Source: Ruditapes philippinarum (taxonomy: Eukaryota). From it: a DNA stretch of 64,000 nucleotides. The position numbers were made by a program, and so were the translations under genes. Below are positions 27,055-40,130 of this stretch, in pieces (positions within the stretch are counted from its first letter, which is position 1; each line of letters begins with the position of its first letter). The stretch is taken from NCBI RefSeq assembly GCF_026571515.1, contig NW_026860156.1, positions 62,001-126,000 of the forward strand. The letters are read 5' to 3'. The notes beneath the pieces were generated by a model. It searched no databases. It worked only from the letters and a program-made list of their open reading frames with translations, and was not told the DNA's origin.

Positions 27055-28817
27055 TTTTTAGCTCACCTGTCACAAAGTGACAGGGTGAGCTTTTGTGATC
27101 GCTTTTCGTCTTTGTCCGTCCGTCCGTCCGTCCGTCCGTAAACTTTTACTTTAAATGACATCTCCTCATAAACCACTAAGCCAATTTCATCCAAACTTCA
27201 CAGGAATGTTCCTTTGGTGGTCACCTTTAAAAATTGTTCAAAGAATTTAATTCCATGCAAAACTCTGGTTGCCATGGCAACCGAAAGAAAAAACTTTAAA
27301 TATCTTCTTTTAAAAAACCATAAGAGCTAGAGCTTAGATATTTAGCATGAAACATCTTCTAGTGAGTGTCTACCAAGTTTGTTCAAATAAAAGCCCTGGG
27401 GTCAAAATTGGCCCCGCCCCGGGGGGTCATTGATTTTCCCTATATGCATATAGTAAAAACTTAAAAAAATCTTCTTTTAAAGAACCCAAAGAGCTAGAGC
27501 TAAGATATTTAGCATGAAACATGTTCTAATGGGTGTCTACCAAGTTTGTTCAAATAAAAGCCCTGGGGTGAAAATTGGCCCCGCCCCGGGGGGTCATTGA
27601 TTTTCCCTATATGCATATAGTAAAAACTTAAAAAATCTTCTTTTAAAGAACTCAAAGAGCTAGAGCTTAGATATTTGGCATGAAACATCTTCTAGTGAGT
27701 GTCTACCAAGTTTGTTCAAATAAAAGCCCTGGGGTCAAAATTGGCCCCGCCCCGGGGGGTCATTGATTTTCCCTATATGCATATAGTAAAAACTTAAAAA
27801 ATCTTCTTTTAAAGAACCCAAAGAGCTAGAGCTAAGATATTTAGCATGAAACATGTTCTAATGGGTGTCTTCCAAGTTTGTTCAAATAAAAGCCCTAGGG
27901 TGAAAATTGGCCCCGCCCCGGGGGTCATTGATTTTCCCTATATGCATATAGTAAAAACTTAAAAATCTTCTTTTAAAGAACTCAAAGAGCTAGAGCTTAG
28001 ATATTTGGCATGAAACATCTTCTAGTGTGTGTCTACCAAGTTTGTTCAAATAAAAGCCCTGGGGTCAAAATTGGCCTCGCCCCGGGGGGGTCATTGATTT
28101 TCCCTATATGCATATAGTAAAAACTTAAAAAATCTTCTTTTAAAGAACCCAAAGAGCTAGAGCTAAGATATTTAGCATGAAACATGTTCTAATGGGTGTC
28201 TACCAAGTTTGTTCAAATAAAAGCCCTGGGGTGAAAATTGGCCCCGCCCCGGGGGGTCATTGATTTTCCCTATATGCATATAGTAAAAACTTAAAAAATC
28301 TTCTTTTAAAGAACTCAAAGAGCTATGGCTAAGATATTGAGCATCAAACATGTTCTAATAGGTGTCTACCAAGTTTGTTCAAATACAAGCCCAGGGGTCA
28401 AAATTGGCCCCGCCCCGGGGGTCATTGATTTTCTTTATATGTGTTTAGCAAAAACTTTAAATCTTCTTTGAAAAAACCCAAATAGCTAGAGTTTAGATAT
28501 TAAGCATGAAACATCTTCTAGTAAGTGTCTACAAAGTTTGTTCAAATAAAAGCCCTGGGGTCAAAACTGGCCCTGCCCCAGGGGTGTCATTGTTTTTAAC
28601 TATATGTGTATAGTAAAAACTTTAAAAAAAATCTTCTTTTAAAAAGCCCAATGAGCTAGAGCTTAAATGTTTAGCATGAAACATCTTCTTATGGGTGTCT
28701 ACTAAGTTTGTGCAAATAAAAGCTCTTGGGTTAAATTGGCTCTGCAACGTTGGGGGGGGGGGGTTGGGGGGCCTATATACAGGTGAGCGACCTCAGGGCC
28801 ATCATGGCCCTCTTGTT
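27055..28817 (+). mobile_element. Non-autonomous Helentron/pearl (HINE)-like element, copy 1, with 9 units of about 166 bp
   Basis: 5' ttttagctcacctg with hairpin ctgtcacaaagtgacag and (gtcc)n; 3' caggtgagc subterminal inverted repeat, hairpin agggccatcatggccct, cttgtt end; T-rich site. Confidence 0.9.
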
Positions 28818-30059
28818 TTTGTGTGCTGGGAAAAATATTCATTTTCCAAGTACCAGTAGCTATAAGCATATTCCTTTACAAACATGAAAGTAGATTTATT
28901 GTTACTGGTAAGCCGGTAAGCCGACTTATCATTCAAGGTAAGGTAACCTAACTATCAAAGGTAGTCCAACTATGCTGAAGAAATGTCTATATTGTTATGA
29001 TTAATTAATTGGTCTTAACATTTATTCTTTGTAAATTGTTGGTATCTATATGTTAATCAGAATGTTCATATTTCATAACTGGTGTTCGGATTTCAAAACT
29101 AAGAGATTGTGATGGGAATGCAATAGAAATAGCATACTAGTGGTTACTATAAAATTATGGCAGATAATGTATACCCAACTGACTCAGACGATGTTTTGAA
29201 GAAAATGTCCGCTTCATAGTTTGTCTAACATTATACACCTCATATAATTATATGGACTCAAAAGTGAGAAACCACTGTACACGGTTTTACTTGCTCCTTT
29301 AAAATCAATGGACTGCATATATATGTATGTATTACCAGCTCATATATTTCACATTTAAATATGAATATTATATAATGCAGATTGTAATGCATCAAGAATT
29401 GATGGCTTTTTCATCACTCATCATTATATAACAATCATCTGATATTATCAAGTTTTGTTTTTGATATCATTTTACAGATCACCTTCAATAGCCTTTTGAA
29501 CTTTATGATGAAAAGTTACATGATCTGCTACATTATTCTTTAGTTTCATATATGCAAGCACAATCTAACCCAGGGATCTGAATTCTCTGTAACTGTAAAG
29601 AAAAGTAAAACATTTTTGATACATGTTAACCGCAACATTTACTGTTTTTAGATCCATAGAAGTTAGAATATCTGCAGGTTTTGTTCCTTTTGATTACCTA
29701 ACCAGATGATTTTCCCAGGTATGAATCAGGTTGACTCATTGTAATATAGATTTTACTATACTGTGGTTACCTGGTTATTTTTAGGAGTAATTGTTGTGGA
29801 GCAGTTTGAAGGTTGAAGTCCTTGATATTGATAGGGATTTGGCAGACTCCTGTATTATAGATGCAGACAGTTGATATATGAATATACTTTTAGTTTATGC
29901 TCAATGATAGATATAGATTTAGAAAGTGATTGTTTTAGATTTGTTGATAATCTTTTAAGATTGCGGTTCATTATATAAGAAGACTGAAGGACTGAAATAG
30001 ATGATAAATCTATTAGAACATGAAGCAGACTGTTTTATGTCAGCAGATCTGTACAATAT

Positions 30060-32559
30060 ATTTATGCCCCCATTTTGAAAAAAAGGGGGTATATTGCTTT
30101 GCACTTGTCGGTCCGTCGGTCCGTCGGTCCGTAGACCAAATGGTTTCCGAGTGATAACTAAAGAACCCTTAGGCCTAGGAACTTCAAACTTGGTATGGTG
30201 ATTGGTCATGACCAGTAGATGACCCCTATTGATTTTGGGGTCAAGGGGTCAAAGGTCAAGGTCACATTGACCTTGAAAGCAAAAACGGTTTCCGATCAAT
30301 AACTAAAGAACTTAAAGGCCTAGGAACTTCAAACTTGGTATGGTGATTGGTCATGACCAGTAGATGACCCTATTGATTTTGGGGTCAAGGGGTCAAAGGT
30401 CAAGGTCACATTGACTTGAAAGCAAAAACGGTTTTCCGATCAATAACTAAAGAACCTTAGGCCTAGGAACTTCAAACTTGGTATGGTGATTGGTCATGAC
30501 CAGTAGATGACCCCTATTGATTTTGGAGTCAAGGGGTCAAAGGTCAAGGTCACATTGACCTTGAAAGCAAAAACAGTTTCCGATCAATAACTAAGAACCT
30601 TAAGGCCTAGGAACTTCAAACTTGGTATGGTGATTAGTCATGACCAGTAGATGACCCCTATTGATTTTGGGGTCAAGGGGTCAAAGGTCAAGGTCACATT
30701 GACCTTAAAAGCAAAAAACGGTTTCCGATCAATAACTAAAGAACCTTAAGGCCTAGGAACTTCAAACTTGGTATGGTGATTGGTCATGATCAGTAGATGA
30801 CCCCTATTTGATTTTTGGGGTCAAGGGGTCAAAGGTCAAGGTCACATTGACCTTGTAGGTAAAAACGGTTTCCGATCAATACCTAAAGAACCTTAAGGCT
30901 TAGGAACATTAAACTTGGTATGGTGATTGGTCATGATCAGTAGATGACCCGTATGGATTTTGGGGTCAAGGGGTCAAAGGTGGGGGTCACATTGACCTTT
31001 TAATTAAAAACGGTTTTCTGATCAATAACAAAAGAACCCTTAGGCCTAGGAACTTCAGACTTTGGGATGGTGATTGTTATGACCAATCAGATGACCCTAT
31101 TGATTTTGGCGTTAAGGGGTCAAAGGTCAAGGTCACATTGACCTTGTAGGTAAAAACGGTTTCCGATCAATAATGAAAGAACCCTTAGGCCTAGGGACTT
31201 CAAACTTGAGATGGTGATTGGTCATGATCAGTAGATGACCCCTATTGATTTTGGGGTCTAGGGGTCAAAGGTCAAGGTCACATTGACCTTGTAGGTAAAA
31301 ATGCTTTCGATCAAATAACTTAAGAACCCTTATGCTAGGAACTTCAAAATTTGTATGGGTGATTGGTCATGACCAGCAGATGACCTATTGATTTTGGGGT
31401 CAAGGGGTCAAAGGTCAAGGTCACATTGACCTTGTAGGTAAAAACGGTTTCCGATCAATTAACTAAAAACGCTTAGGCCTAGGAACTTCAAACTTTGTGT
31501 GATGATTGGTCATGACCAGCAGATGACCCCTATTGAGTTTTAGGTGAAGGGGTCAAAGGTCAAGGTCACATTGACCTTTTAAGTAAAAACGGTTTCTGAT
31601 CAATAACTCAAGAACGCTTAGGCCTAGGAACTTCAAACTTGGTATGGTGATTTGTCATGACCAGCAGATTACTCCTATTGATTTTGGGATCAAGGGGTCA
31701 AAGGTCAAGGTCACAATGACCTTGTAAGTAAAAACGGTTTTCTGATCAATAACTAAAGAACGCTTCGGCCTAGAAACTTCAAACTTGGCATGGTGATTGG
31801 TCATGACCAGCAGATGACCCCTATTGATTTTGGGGTCAAAGGTCAAGGTCACATTGACCTTTTAAGTAAAAACGGTTTCTGATCAATAACTCAAGAACGC
31901 TTAGGCCTAGGAACTTCAAACTTGGTATGGTGATTTGTCATGACCAGCAGATTACTCTTATTGATTTTGGGATCAAGGGGTCAAAGGTCAAGGTCACAAT
32001 GACCTTGTAAGTAAAAACGGTTTCTGATCAATAACTAAAGAACGCTTCGGCCTAGAAACTTCAAACTTGGCATGGTGATTGGTCATGACCAGCAGATGAC
32101 CCCTATTGATTTTTTTGGGGTCAAAGGTCAAGGTCACATTGACCTTGTTATGTTAAAACGGTTTCCGATCAATAATAAGAGAACCCTTAGGCCTAAGAAA
32201 CTTCAAACTTGGCATGGTGATTGGTCATGACCAGCAGATGACCCCTATTGATTTTGGGGTCAAGGGGTCAAAGGTCAAGGTCACATTGACCTTGTAGGTA
32301 AAACGGTTTCTGATCAATTTACTAAAAAACGCCTAGGCCTAGGAACTTCAAACTTTGTATGATGATTGGTCGTGACCAGCAGATGACCCCTATTGAGTTT
32401 TGGGTCAAGGGGTCAAAGGTCAAGGTCATGACCAGTAGATACTTTATAACCCTTATTAATTGTTTGATCACTGGGTCAGACGTCATGCATAATAACCTTA
32501 TCACATGACTAATTGGCTGCTGATAGGGGGCATACATGTTTTACAAACATATCTTGTTT
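30060..32559 (+). mobile_element. Non-autonomous Helentron/pearl-like element with about 16 units of about 144 bp
   Basis: 5' tttatgccccc and (gtcggtcc)n; 3' gggggcata inverted repeat, hairpin atgttt-tac-aaacat, cttgtt end. Confidence 0.9.
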
Positions 32560-34114
32560 CCAAGATTATCATGTCAATGCTTGATGTTGTTTTTACTCTC
32601 TCAGCTCTTTGTTGATACTAGTATTGCAGTATGTAAGACTTGTTCTTGAAATTTATTTAATTCGGGCAGAGACAAGTTGAAACCATTAGAAATGGACTGA
32701 AATATTTGATGCTGGAGACTACTGTGCTGGAATTCATACATTGTATGACATAGCACATGACATAGAATTAATAGGAATTTCACTGATAGTCAATTATATG
32801 CACATGTAAAATATAAGCATCATTCAAGGTCAAATGATTTATTTATTTTTGTCTAATTTTAAAAAATTAATATGCTTATTGTTCAACTTCAGGCTGAAAT
32901 CAGTTTGCCATTTTACATTAAAACAGAAAAATCTGATAGAAATTCCTGATTAAAGTCAAATATGAGTTTTTACAGGAACTTGTTTTTTTTTCAGTAGGTG
33001 TATACCATTTGTTACAAATGGCAGGCAGTTATGATGGATAGTTGGAATTGTTTCAAGTACCTCCACAATTTCACCTTTGTTTCACAGTTTCTGCCTCCCA
33101 CTGATACTTCCAGCATATCAGAAAATTAATTTTTGCCAGTTGTACTTTTGCATATTGCCAATGTTTATTTCGGTTATTTACTCATAGCTCAAGTTTTTTC
33201 TGAAGCAATATTTCTATCAATTTAAAGTGTCCTGTGGAAAGCATTTTCTAAAATTTAGAGCAGACAATCCTCCCTCAAGCTGGGCCCAGTAAGGTTGAAT
33301 TCTTACTCGCTTGTTACTTGATATATGCGCTGCTTACATGTCTTATGATGCCAGATATGATGTCAAAAAACCAAATGTTGTCGAGGGAAAATAACTACAT
33401 GTACAAATATATTAGAGGATAAAGAATAAAATTTGAATGTGTTGTTATCTTTTCAAAACTAAACGTTTTTACTAAATCTATTGAAGGTGCAATGTTGCAT
33501 CAATAACACTGTCATGTAAATTGTATCAAATTCCAGGGGCTTATGATTTTTTTCTTACTTTAAAATAACATAAAATGCACATACTGTCCCAGAGGAAAAT
33601 GAAACATTGTATTTATTGAAATGATAATGTGAAATCAGTAGATTTAGAAGAGTTAGAAAACAAATTTTCTCATAGTTTTCTCAGACTGGTTTTAAAGATT
33701 ATTTCATTGGAGAGAAACTTTCCTTATCACAATTGAAGACATGAGGTGGAAATTTGATAGATACATGTATCAAACTGTAACAAGCATTAAAACTCTTATA
33801 AAAACAGTTGTTATAATGTAGAAAACATGTGCTGTAACAAATAGGCAGTGTTAACTTTAGAGAGGAAAACATCATGTCATTAAATTGGTGGAGAACATTT
33901 TGATTAATTTAGTAGGAGTTGTATGATACAGTAAATGTTATATTAATTAAAATATTAATTAAAAATTTAAATAATGAATTTTCTAAAATGATTTTTTTTG
34001 AAACAAAAAAGAAATTTATAATGATAACGTCTGGTATGCACAGCTGTGCTTATATACTTTGTAACACAAGCTGATGTCTTAATTAATAAACTTTTATGTT
34101 TGCAGGTGAACCAA

Positions 34115-34918
34115 TTTTTAGCTCGACTATTCGCAGAATAATGGAGCTAATGCAGTCACCCATTTGTCGGCGTCCCTGTGGTTAAGTTTTTGCTTGCAAG
34201 CTGGTATCTCCATAACTACTGAAGGGAATGGATTGAAACTTCACACACTTGTTCTCTGTGATTATCTTACATGATTGGCACAAGTCCCATAACTCTGATT
34301 TGCTTTTTCACATAATTATGCCCCTTTTCGACTCAGAAAGTCTTGGTTAAGTTTTTTACGTGCAAGCTGGTATCTCCATAACTACTGAAGGGAATGGATT
34401 GAAACTTCACACACTTGTTCTCTGTGATTATCTAACATGATTGGCAGAAGTCCCATAACTCTGATTTGCTGTTTTGCATAATTATGTCCCTTTTTCGACT
34501 TAGAAATTCTTGGTTAAGTTTTTGCGTGCAAGCTGGTATCACCATAACTACTGAAGGGAATGGATTGAAACTTCACACACTTGTTCTCTGTGATTATCTA
34601 ACATGATTGGCACAAGACCCATAACTCTGATTTGCTTTTGTGCATAATTATGCCCCTTTTTCGACTTAGAAATTCTTGGTTAAGCAAATATCTCCATAAC
34701 TACTTAAGTGTTTGTGCCTCAAATTTTTTTAACAATTTTATGCATTTTATAATAATAAAGCAGTGATTAACTGGATAAAACATCTTAATAACAAGCCTTT
34801 GTACCTTTTTGGACAATTTTATGTATTCATAATGGTAAGCATTATTATACTCAATGAAACAGACTTGTGACAACTTTTTTGAATAGTCGAGCTTTACTGT
34901 CCTCCGACAGCTCTTGTT
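34115..34918 (+). mobile_element. Non-autonomous Helentron/pearl-like element with about 3 units of about 166 bp
   Basis: Subterminal inverted repeat agctcgactattc/gaatagtcgagct; 3' hairpin ctgtc-ctcc-gacag, cttgtt end; gctggtatc at 34200, 34366, 34531. Confidence 0.85.
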
Positions 34919-37840
34919 CATTATCATTTGACTTTTGTTAAAAGGTATAACATATCTGTTGTGCACATGAACATGCAGATACATGCAGCTACTAATTATT
35001 ATAATATAAAGTTCAGTTCTAAGCATGTGATTTTATAAATTAGCAGAAAGACGATGTTATATAGTAGACCTCACATGAAGAATAACTGGTATGGTTAAAC
35101 AGAAGCTGTACTGTAAGACAATGGGGGGAAGCCTTGAATTTTGAATTTTAGAGCTTTATAAAAGCATTGGCTAGACATGTGTGATCATGTGGCCAATTGT
35201 TGATTGTAATGCATTACAGATTACATTTCACAACCAGACATTACAGACACATTAAGGTATACTGGTTCCCCTCTGGTTTCTATCACATCCTGGTACCGGT
35301 GTGGATATATTCCCAGGTGTCAGCTAAATAGAAATAAAATATTGGGAGAATTGTAGACACCAGGCATCTAATTTATACCTGATTACAAATTAATTAAGTA
35401 AACAAGCTTTAGCTTTTCTGTTTTCAGACTCTATACATATTGTTGAACTTTGATGAACTTCTGCGATTTCTGATAGAAGAGTCTGTATAAGTTATTTATA
35501 ATACATAATGTTTGTATTCATAAGTATTTAGACAACTTATATCTCTGAATTGGCCAAACTTACTATCAATATTTTTGGATAGATTTTTCTTTGATGAATA
35601 TTTTTTAATTAACCTGATAGCTGTTCAAATCATACTCGCAGCAGACAAGTTACTAATAATTTTCCTTTTGTGCATAAGTCAGACTTGATAAAATTGTTTC
35701 CAAATGGCTTCATGAAATAAAAGAAATTCACTTGGAATTAAAAAGTAAAATGACTACATTAGTTAGAATGGATGTTATACATTGTTTACTTTGTATACCT
35801 TTTTGGCACAATTATTTTAAAACTATATCAATGAATTTGTAATATCAGAAATACGAGAATGTACTCCATTGTTTTGATCAATTGTTTCTAATGGTTTTAA
35901 CATTATTTGTATGTGTCATAAAGTTAAAGAAACAGTACAAAAACATTATAAACAATGGTTTCTTTGTTTTTACTGTTTAGAGTAAACAATATAGTAAACA
36001 AATCACATGGTCACAACTTTATTATAAGTGTTAATTCATTAAGGGTAACTCAATAGTTCTTAAACTTGGTGGGTAAATTGTACAGGGTGTGTGTAAAATT
36101 ACACAGCCAGTATTTTATAATTAAAAAAAAAATGTAAAGAAAAAATATAATTAAATCATTCTTATGTGGCTTGGAGATATATGACATAAGTTTTCCTTGC
36201 TTATGATACAGATAAAAAAAAGTGCTTTGTAAAAAAAAAAAAATTGAACAATTGTAATTTAAAAGTTTCAACATTGGACAGATAGGAAAGTACAAAAAAA
36301 AATTACATGGTCATGTCAGCTGACATCATAAGTTAACATCAATTTAATTTACTTTATTTCAAGTTATTTTTAGTTGTTGAAATATCATGTTAATTTCATG
36401 ATTTCATTGTAACAACTTCAAAGGATTACAAGTGGATCAACTTGCAGTGTACATGAAATTTAGAGTGTACACATAACTTCTGCACACAATCTGTACCTCT
36501 TTAATATGGAGAAATTTGATATTTATTACAAGACGTACAAATTTGAACAAGTGTTTAAAATTTGAAATATTTTGGTTCCCAACCATTTATAAATGACCCT
36601 TTGATAAACCTAATCAGATTTTGACATTAAATTTTGAAGTCACAATCCCGTGAAAAAAAATCAAAGTGTTAAAGTTGAATTATGTGATATATATCCGATT
36701 AAAGTTAGATGACTTTGAATTAAGGATATGATTTGATATGATTAGGAATCAAGTGTTAAATTGTATTGTGTTTAAATTTAAGAGCAAAGAATTATGTTAA
36801 TTAGTTATTGGAAGTCATACAGGTATTTAATATGTTGAGATTGTTTGATGTCCGAAGAAAAAATGTGTGTTAAATATTTGAGATTGTGTTGATATCATGT
36901 GTAATTCTTTATGATGATTGTGGAGACGTTTTATTGAGGATCCTCTGTGCATTTCAGGAATGATGTCAATATGGCAAAAGAAATTGTTTTGACAAATTTT
37001 AAAACGAATATTAATTCATACTTTTGTTAATAATGTAACTCAAGAATTTTGACGATAAATAAATGATAAATTTATTAACAGAATTACAGTGTTGAGAAAA
37101 AGAATCACCAAAAATGAAAATTTTTTATTTGTCATAATTGAAAATTTAGTGTTGAAAAGAACTCGTATTTTGCATAATATTGTGAATTGAAATTCAAAAA
37201 GTCATGAATTATGTCCACGGGGACTTAAGAATTAAGTCAGGTGTCCGTGAGTTCTTGTTTATGAATAAAACATGAAACGACCTTATACATTGAAGTACTT
37301 AAATCTGATATTTACGTGTGAATTGATAAAACGTTCAATCGTATTTGTACTATCAATGTAATTGAATATTTTTGAAGAGTTCAGCAATAGGATATTTGAT
37401 TGACCAAGTTTTTGTCCCTGTGTGTTGACAGAAAATACACTGATAAGATAATTCATTGTCATACTTTGTAAGATTATCAGAAAAAAACTGATTTTTTTTT
37501 ACGTTTTTTTTCAAATAAACTGTATACTTAAGTTTTATTTAATCATGCTTCATTTAAAAGAGGACAAAGCTTTTGATGTCTAGATAACTTTTTATTCAGT
37601 GCAGTTTAAAAAATTTTCAGAATAATTGTTTTCATTGTTTGGAAATTTTTTTTCATTATTGACTGCTTCAAACTTGAAGGACTTGGAATAACCATGCGGT
37701 GATTTTTCTAATTTTGATTTTATGCTTTTTTATGGTGAAAAAAATATTGTTATATTAATGATGATAATCCAAAAGTACAAAGGAGTACTGGTATGTGTGA
37801 AGTTTAAAGGGAGATAATTCAATTAAGTTTGAAGAAAGAA

Positions 37841-37988
37841 ATGGGAAATTCTTGGATAGGAAATTTCTCTATGGATCGAATCCGAGGGAAAGTTCCGAGA
37901 GTTGAGGTTGTTCTTCGTTCCTGTAAAGCAGGAATCCCAATAGAAGGGAGGAAAGAGTATGTGATAACAAGACACAGTAACTGTTATG
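37841..37988 (+). CDS. Putative alternative first coding exon C: MGNSWIGNFSMDRIRGKVPRVEVVLRSCKAGIPIEGRKEYVITRHSNCY
   Basis: agaaATGG start; 49 codons + 1 nt; donor G|gtaagg; phase 1; GC-richer than its flanks. Confidence 0.55.
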
Positions 37989-39550
37989 GTAAGGATGGTT
38001 TAAATTTACCAATTTGTCCATTTAATTAATTACATTTGTATTTCTTAATGCTAGGACAACCAATATACCAATATGATATAAAATCGGTTTTAACCCTATA
38101 TCGTCTATATTGGACTTAAATGGACTTTTCTAGCTTCTATTTTTAGAATTTTTCATTATCAGTAATGGGTATATCAAGATAAATTTATTTAGTTGGCAAG
38201 TCACTGGTAAAGAGCCTTGGGTCAGACTGCAGGGAGGTACAGGCTGGCCCGGCTCGTATACTGGTAGTAAATGTTTTTAACTTTCAGTTCATTAGCACTG
38301 TAAGGTTTAAACAATCCAGGCTACAAGTATTCCTATGATTATTTTCTATATATATTTAAAAAAGGATTGGTTATGATCATTATAATATAATAATAATATT
38401 AATGGCCTTTAATTTTTCTGGTTTTCTGTATTTTCAACACTGGAACAATGAAAGTTTCAATTGAATTGAGTTGATACCAAGTTGTGATTTTCTCATTTAA
38501 ATTTCTTTGTGTTCCTGTGGTTCTAAATCATGCTTCTGAAATGGTGTCAGGTTAGTAGGGACATCCAAGCACCGAGTGTTTCAGCTTAATTGTGTGTTGT
38601 GGTTTTTTTGTTTAAATAGACTTGTTTCTATTTGCTTTGATTTCCCTATAAAATGGGTTGTATATTTACAGAAGATATATTAACCTTTTGAAAAGCGATC
38701 GATCCTCAATTATTGATCTGTTTGTAATCTACTTTTCTTTATAGTTAGATTTTAAACAGTTGTAAGTTGAGAGGAAAAGTTTAGATTCAAAGGGACTGAT
38801 AGCATTATAGAAAAGAAATCTAAAATACTGGATAGCCAATGAACTATCTGTGGTTTCTTCATACTTTAGATTTTTAGCTCATGTCCAATTCATGACTAAG
38901 TACTAAGTACTGGTCATATTCTATATCTTCCGTATATGTATGCAGTCTGCAGATTTTGACTGAAGGAAAAAACAAGATTTTAAAAAAAAAGCCAATGTAT
39001 TTGATTGAATTCATTAAACATGTAAAATTGTCAATTGATTTCAATTTGTAGTTTTGGTTCTTAAATCAAATAGGCGATTTAATGCAAGCTCCTAATATCT
39101 AGGAGTATATTTGTTAACACCTGCAACAAAATGTGCAAGATGCATATAGATTTGCTGGGAATCATTCTGATTTATTATAAAACATCTTTCAGAGCCACAT
39201 AAATCCAATGAGAAAGTAGAAAATAATTTGCAATCTTAGTGCAGTAACAAACAAACTCCTATTAAATTGTCACTTGCTACTGCAAGGACTAGAAACTGCA
39301 ATGAGGCCTAAGAACTGCAAGTCTGTCCAGTCAGTAATACCAGGCTCTCTACTGTTTACTGTTTTATATCATTTCAAATTTTGAAAGTTTATATATGGGA
39401 CTGAGTTCCAAAGTCACAGGAAAAATATTAAAATTCTTTTACTCAAATTCAGCAGAATAAATGTTAAAGAGTCTCTATAATAAGCGAATTATGTGGACTT
39501 AATTAGTAGCATTATAAGACAGTAATTATAATCATTTCTGCTGTTAACCA

Positions 39551-40130
39551 TTTTATGCCATGTTTGATTATTGTCCATCCATCTGTTTGTCCGCTTTTTG
39601 TCAAGTCCATAGCAGATTTTGAAATAATTTTACATAAATGTGTTAAGCATAATAGGATTGTATATGGTTTGTAGGTCAAAGGTCAAGGTCACACTTACTC
39701 TTCAAAGAAATTTTTAATAAAAGTGCTATAATGGTTGTGTCAGGTCAACAATTCTGTCATTCCAAGATTCATTTTAAGTAATTTGACATAAATGTGTTGA
39801 CATTATAATGACAGTTAGTGGCACTGAAGAATCAGTTCTTAAGTCATGATGTGGACTTTTCTCAAATAAACATGGATGATAATGCCTGGTCAACAATTCC
39901 GTTATTTCTTGATAGATTTAAAAATAACTTTATCATTATTGAGTTAGACATGATAATTTTGTTGCATGTCCAAGAATCGAGTGTCCAGATCATATGTCGA
40001 CCTCAGACTTGTATGCCAAAGTCATTGTATGATTGTGAATAGAATTATGGTTGTGTCCGGTCTTAGTCAAGGACTGTCATTCATTGAAATAATTATGTAC
40101 ACATTTAGCTGATGTGTCTTACAGGTCTTG
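39551..40130 (+). mobile_element. Old, degenerate Helentron/pearl-like relic
   Basis: ttttatgcc start, gtccatccatctgtttgtcc tract, aaggtcaaggtcac motif and decayed repeat units; ends uncertain. Confidence 0.4.

Noticed and set aside
29955-32537. Minus-strand ORFs (MTNHHTKFEV..., MTLTFDPK...) as a transposase or helicase
   Set aside because: Translations of the satellite monomer; no Rep/Hel, DDE or RT motifs found anywhere in the window.
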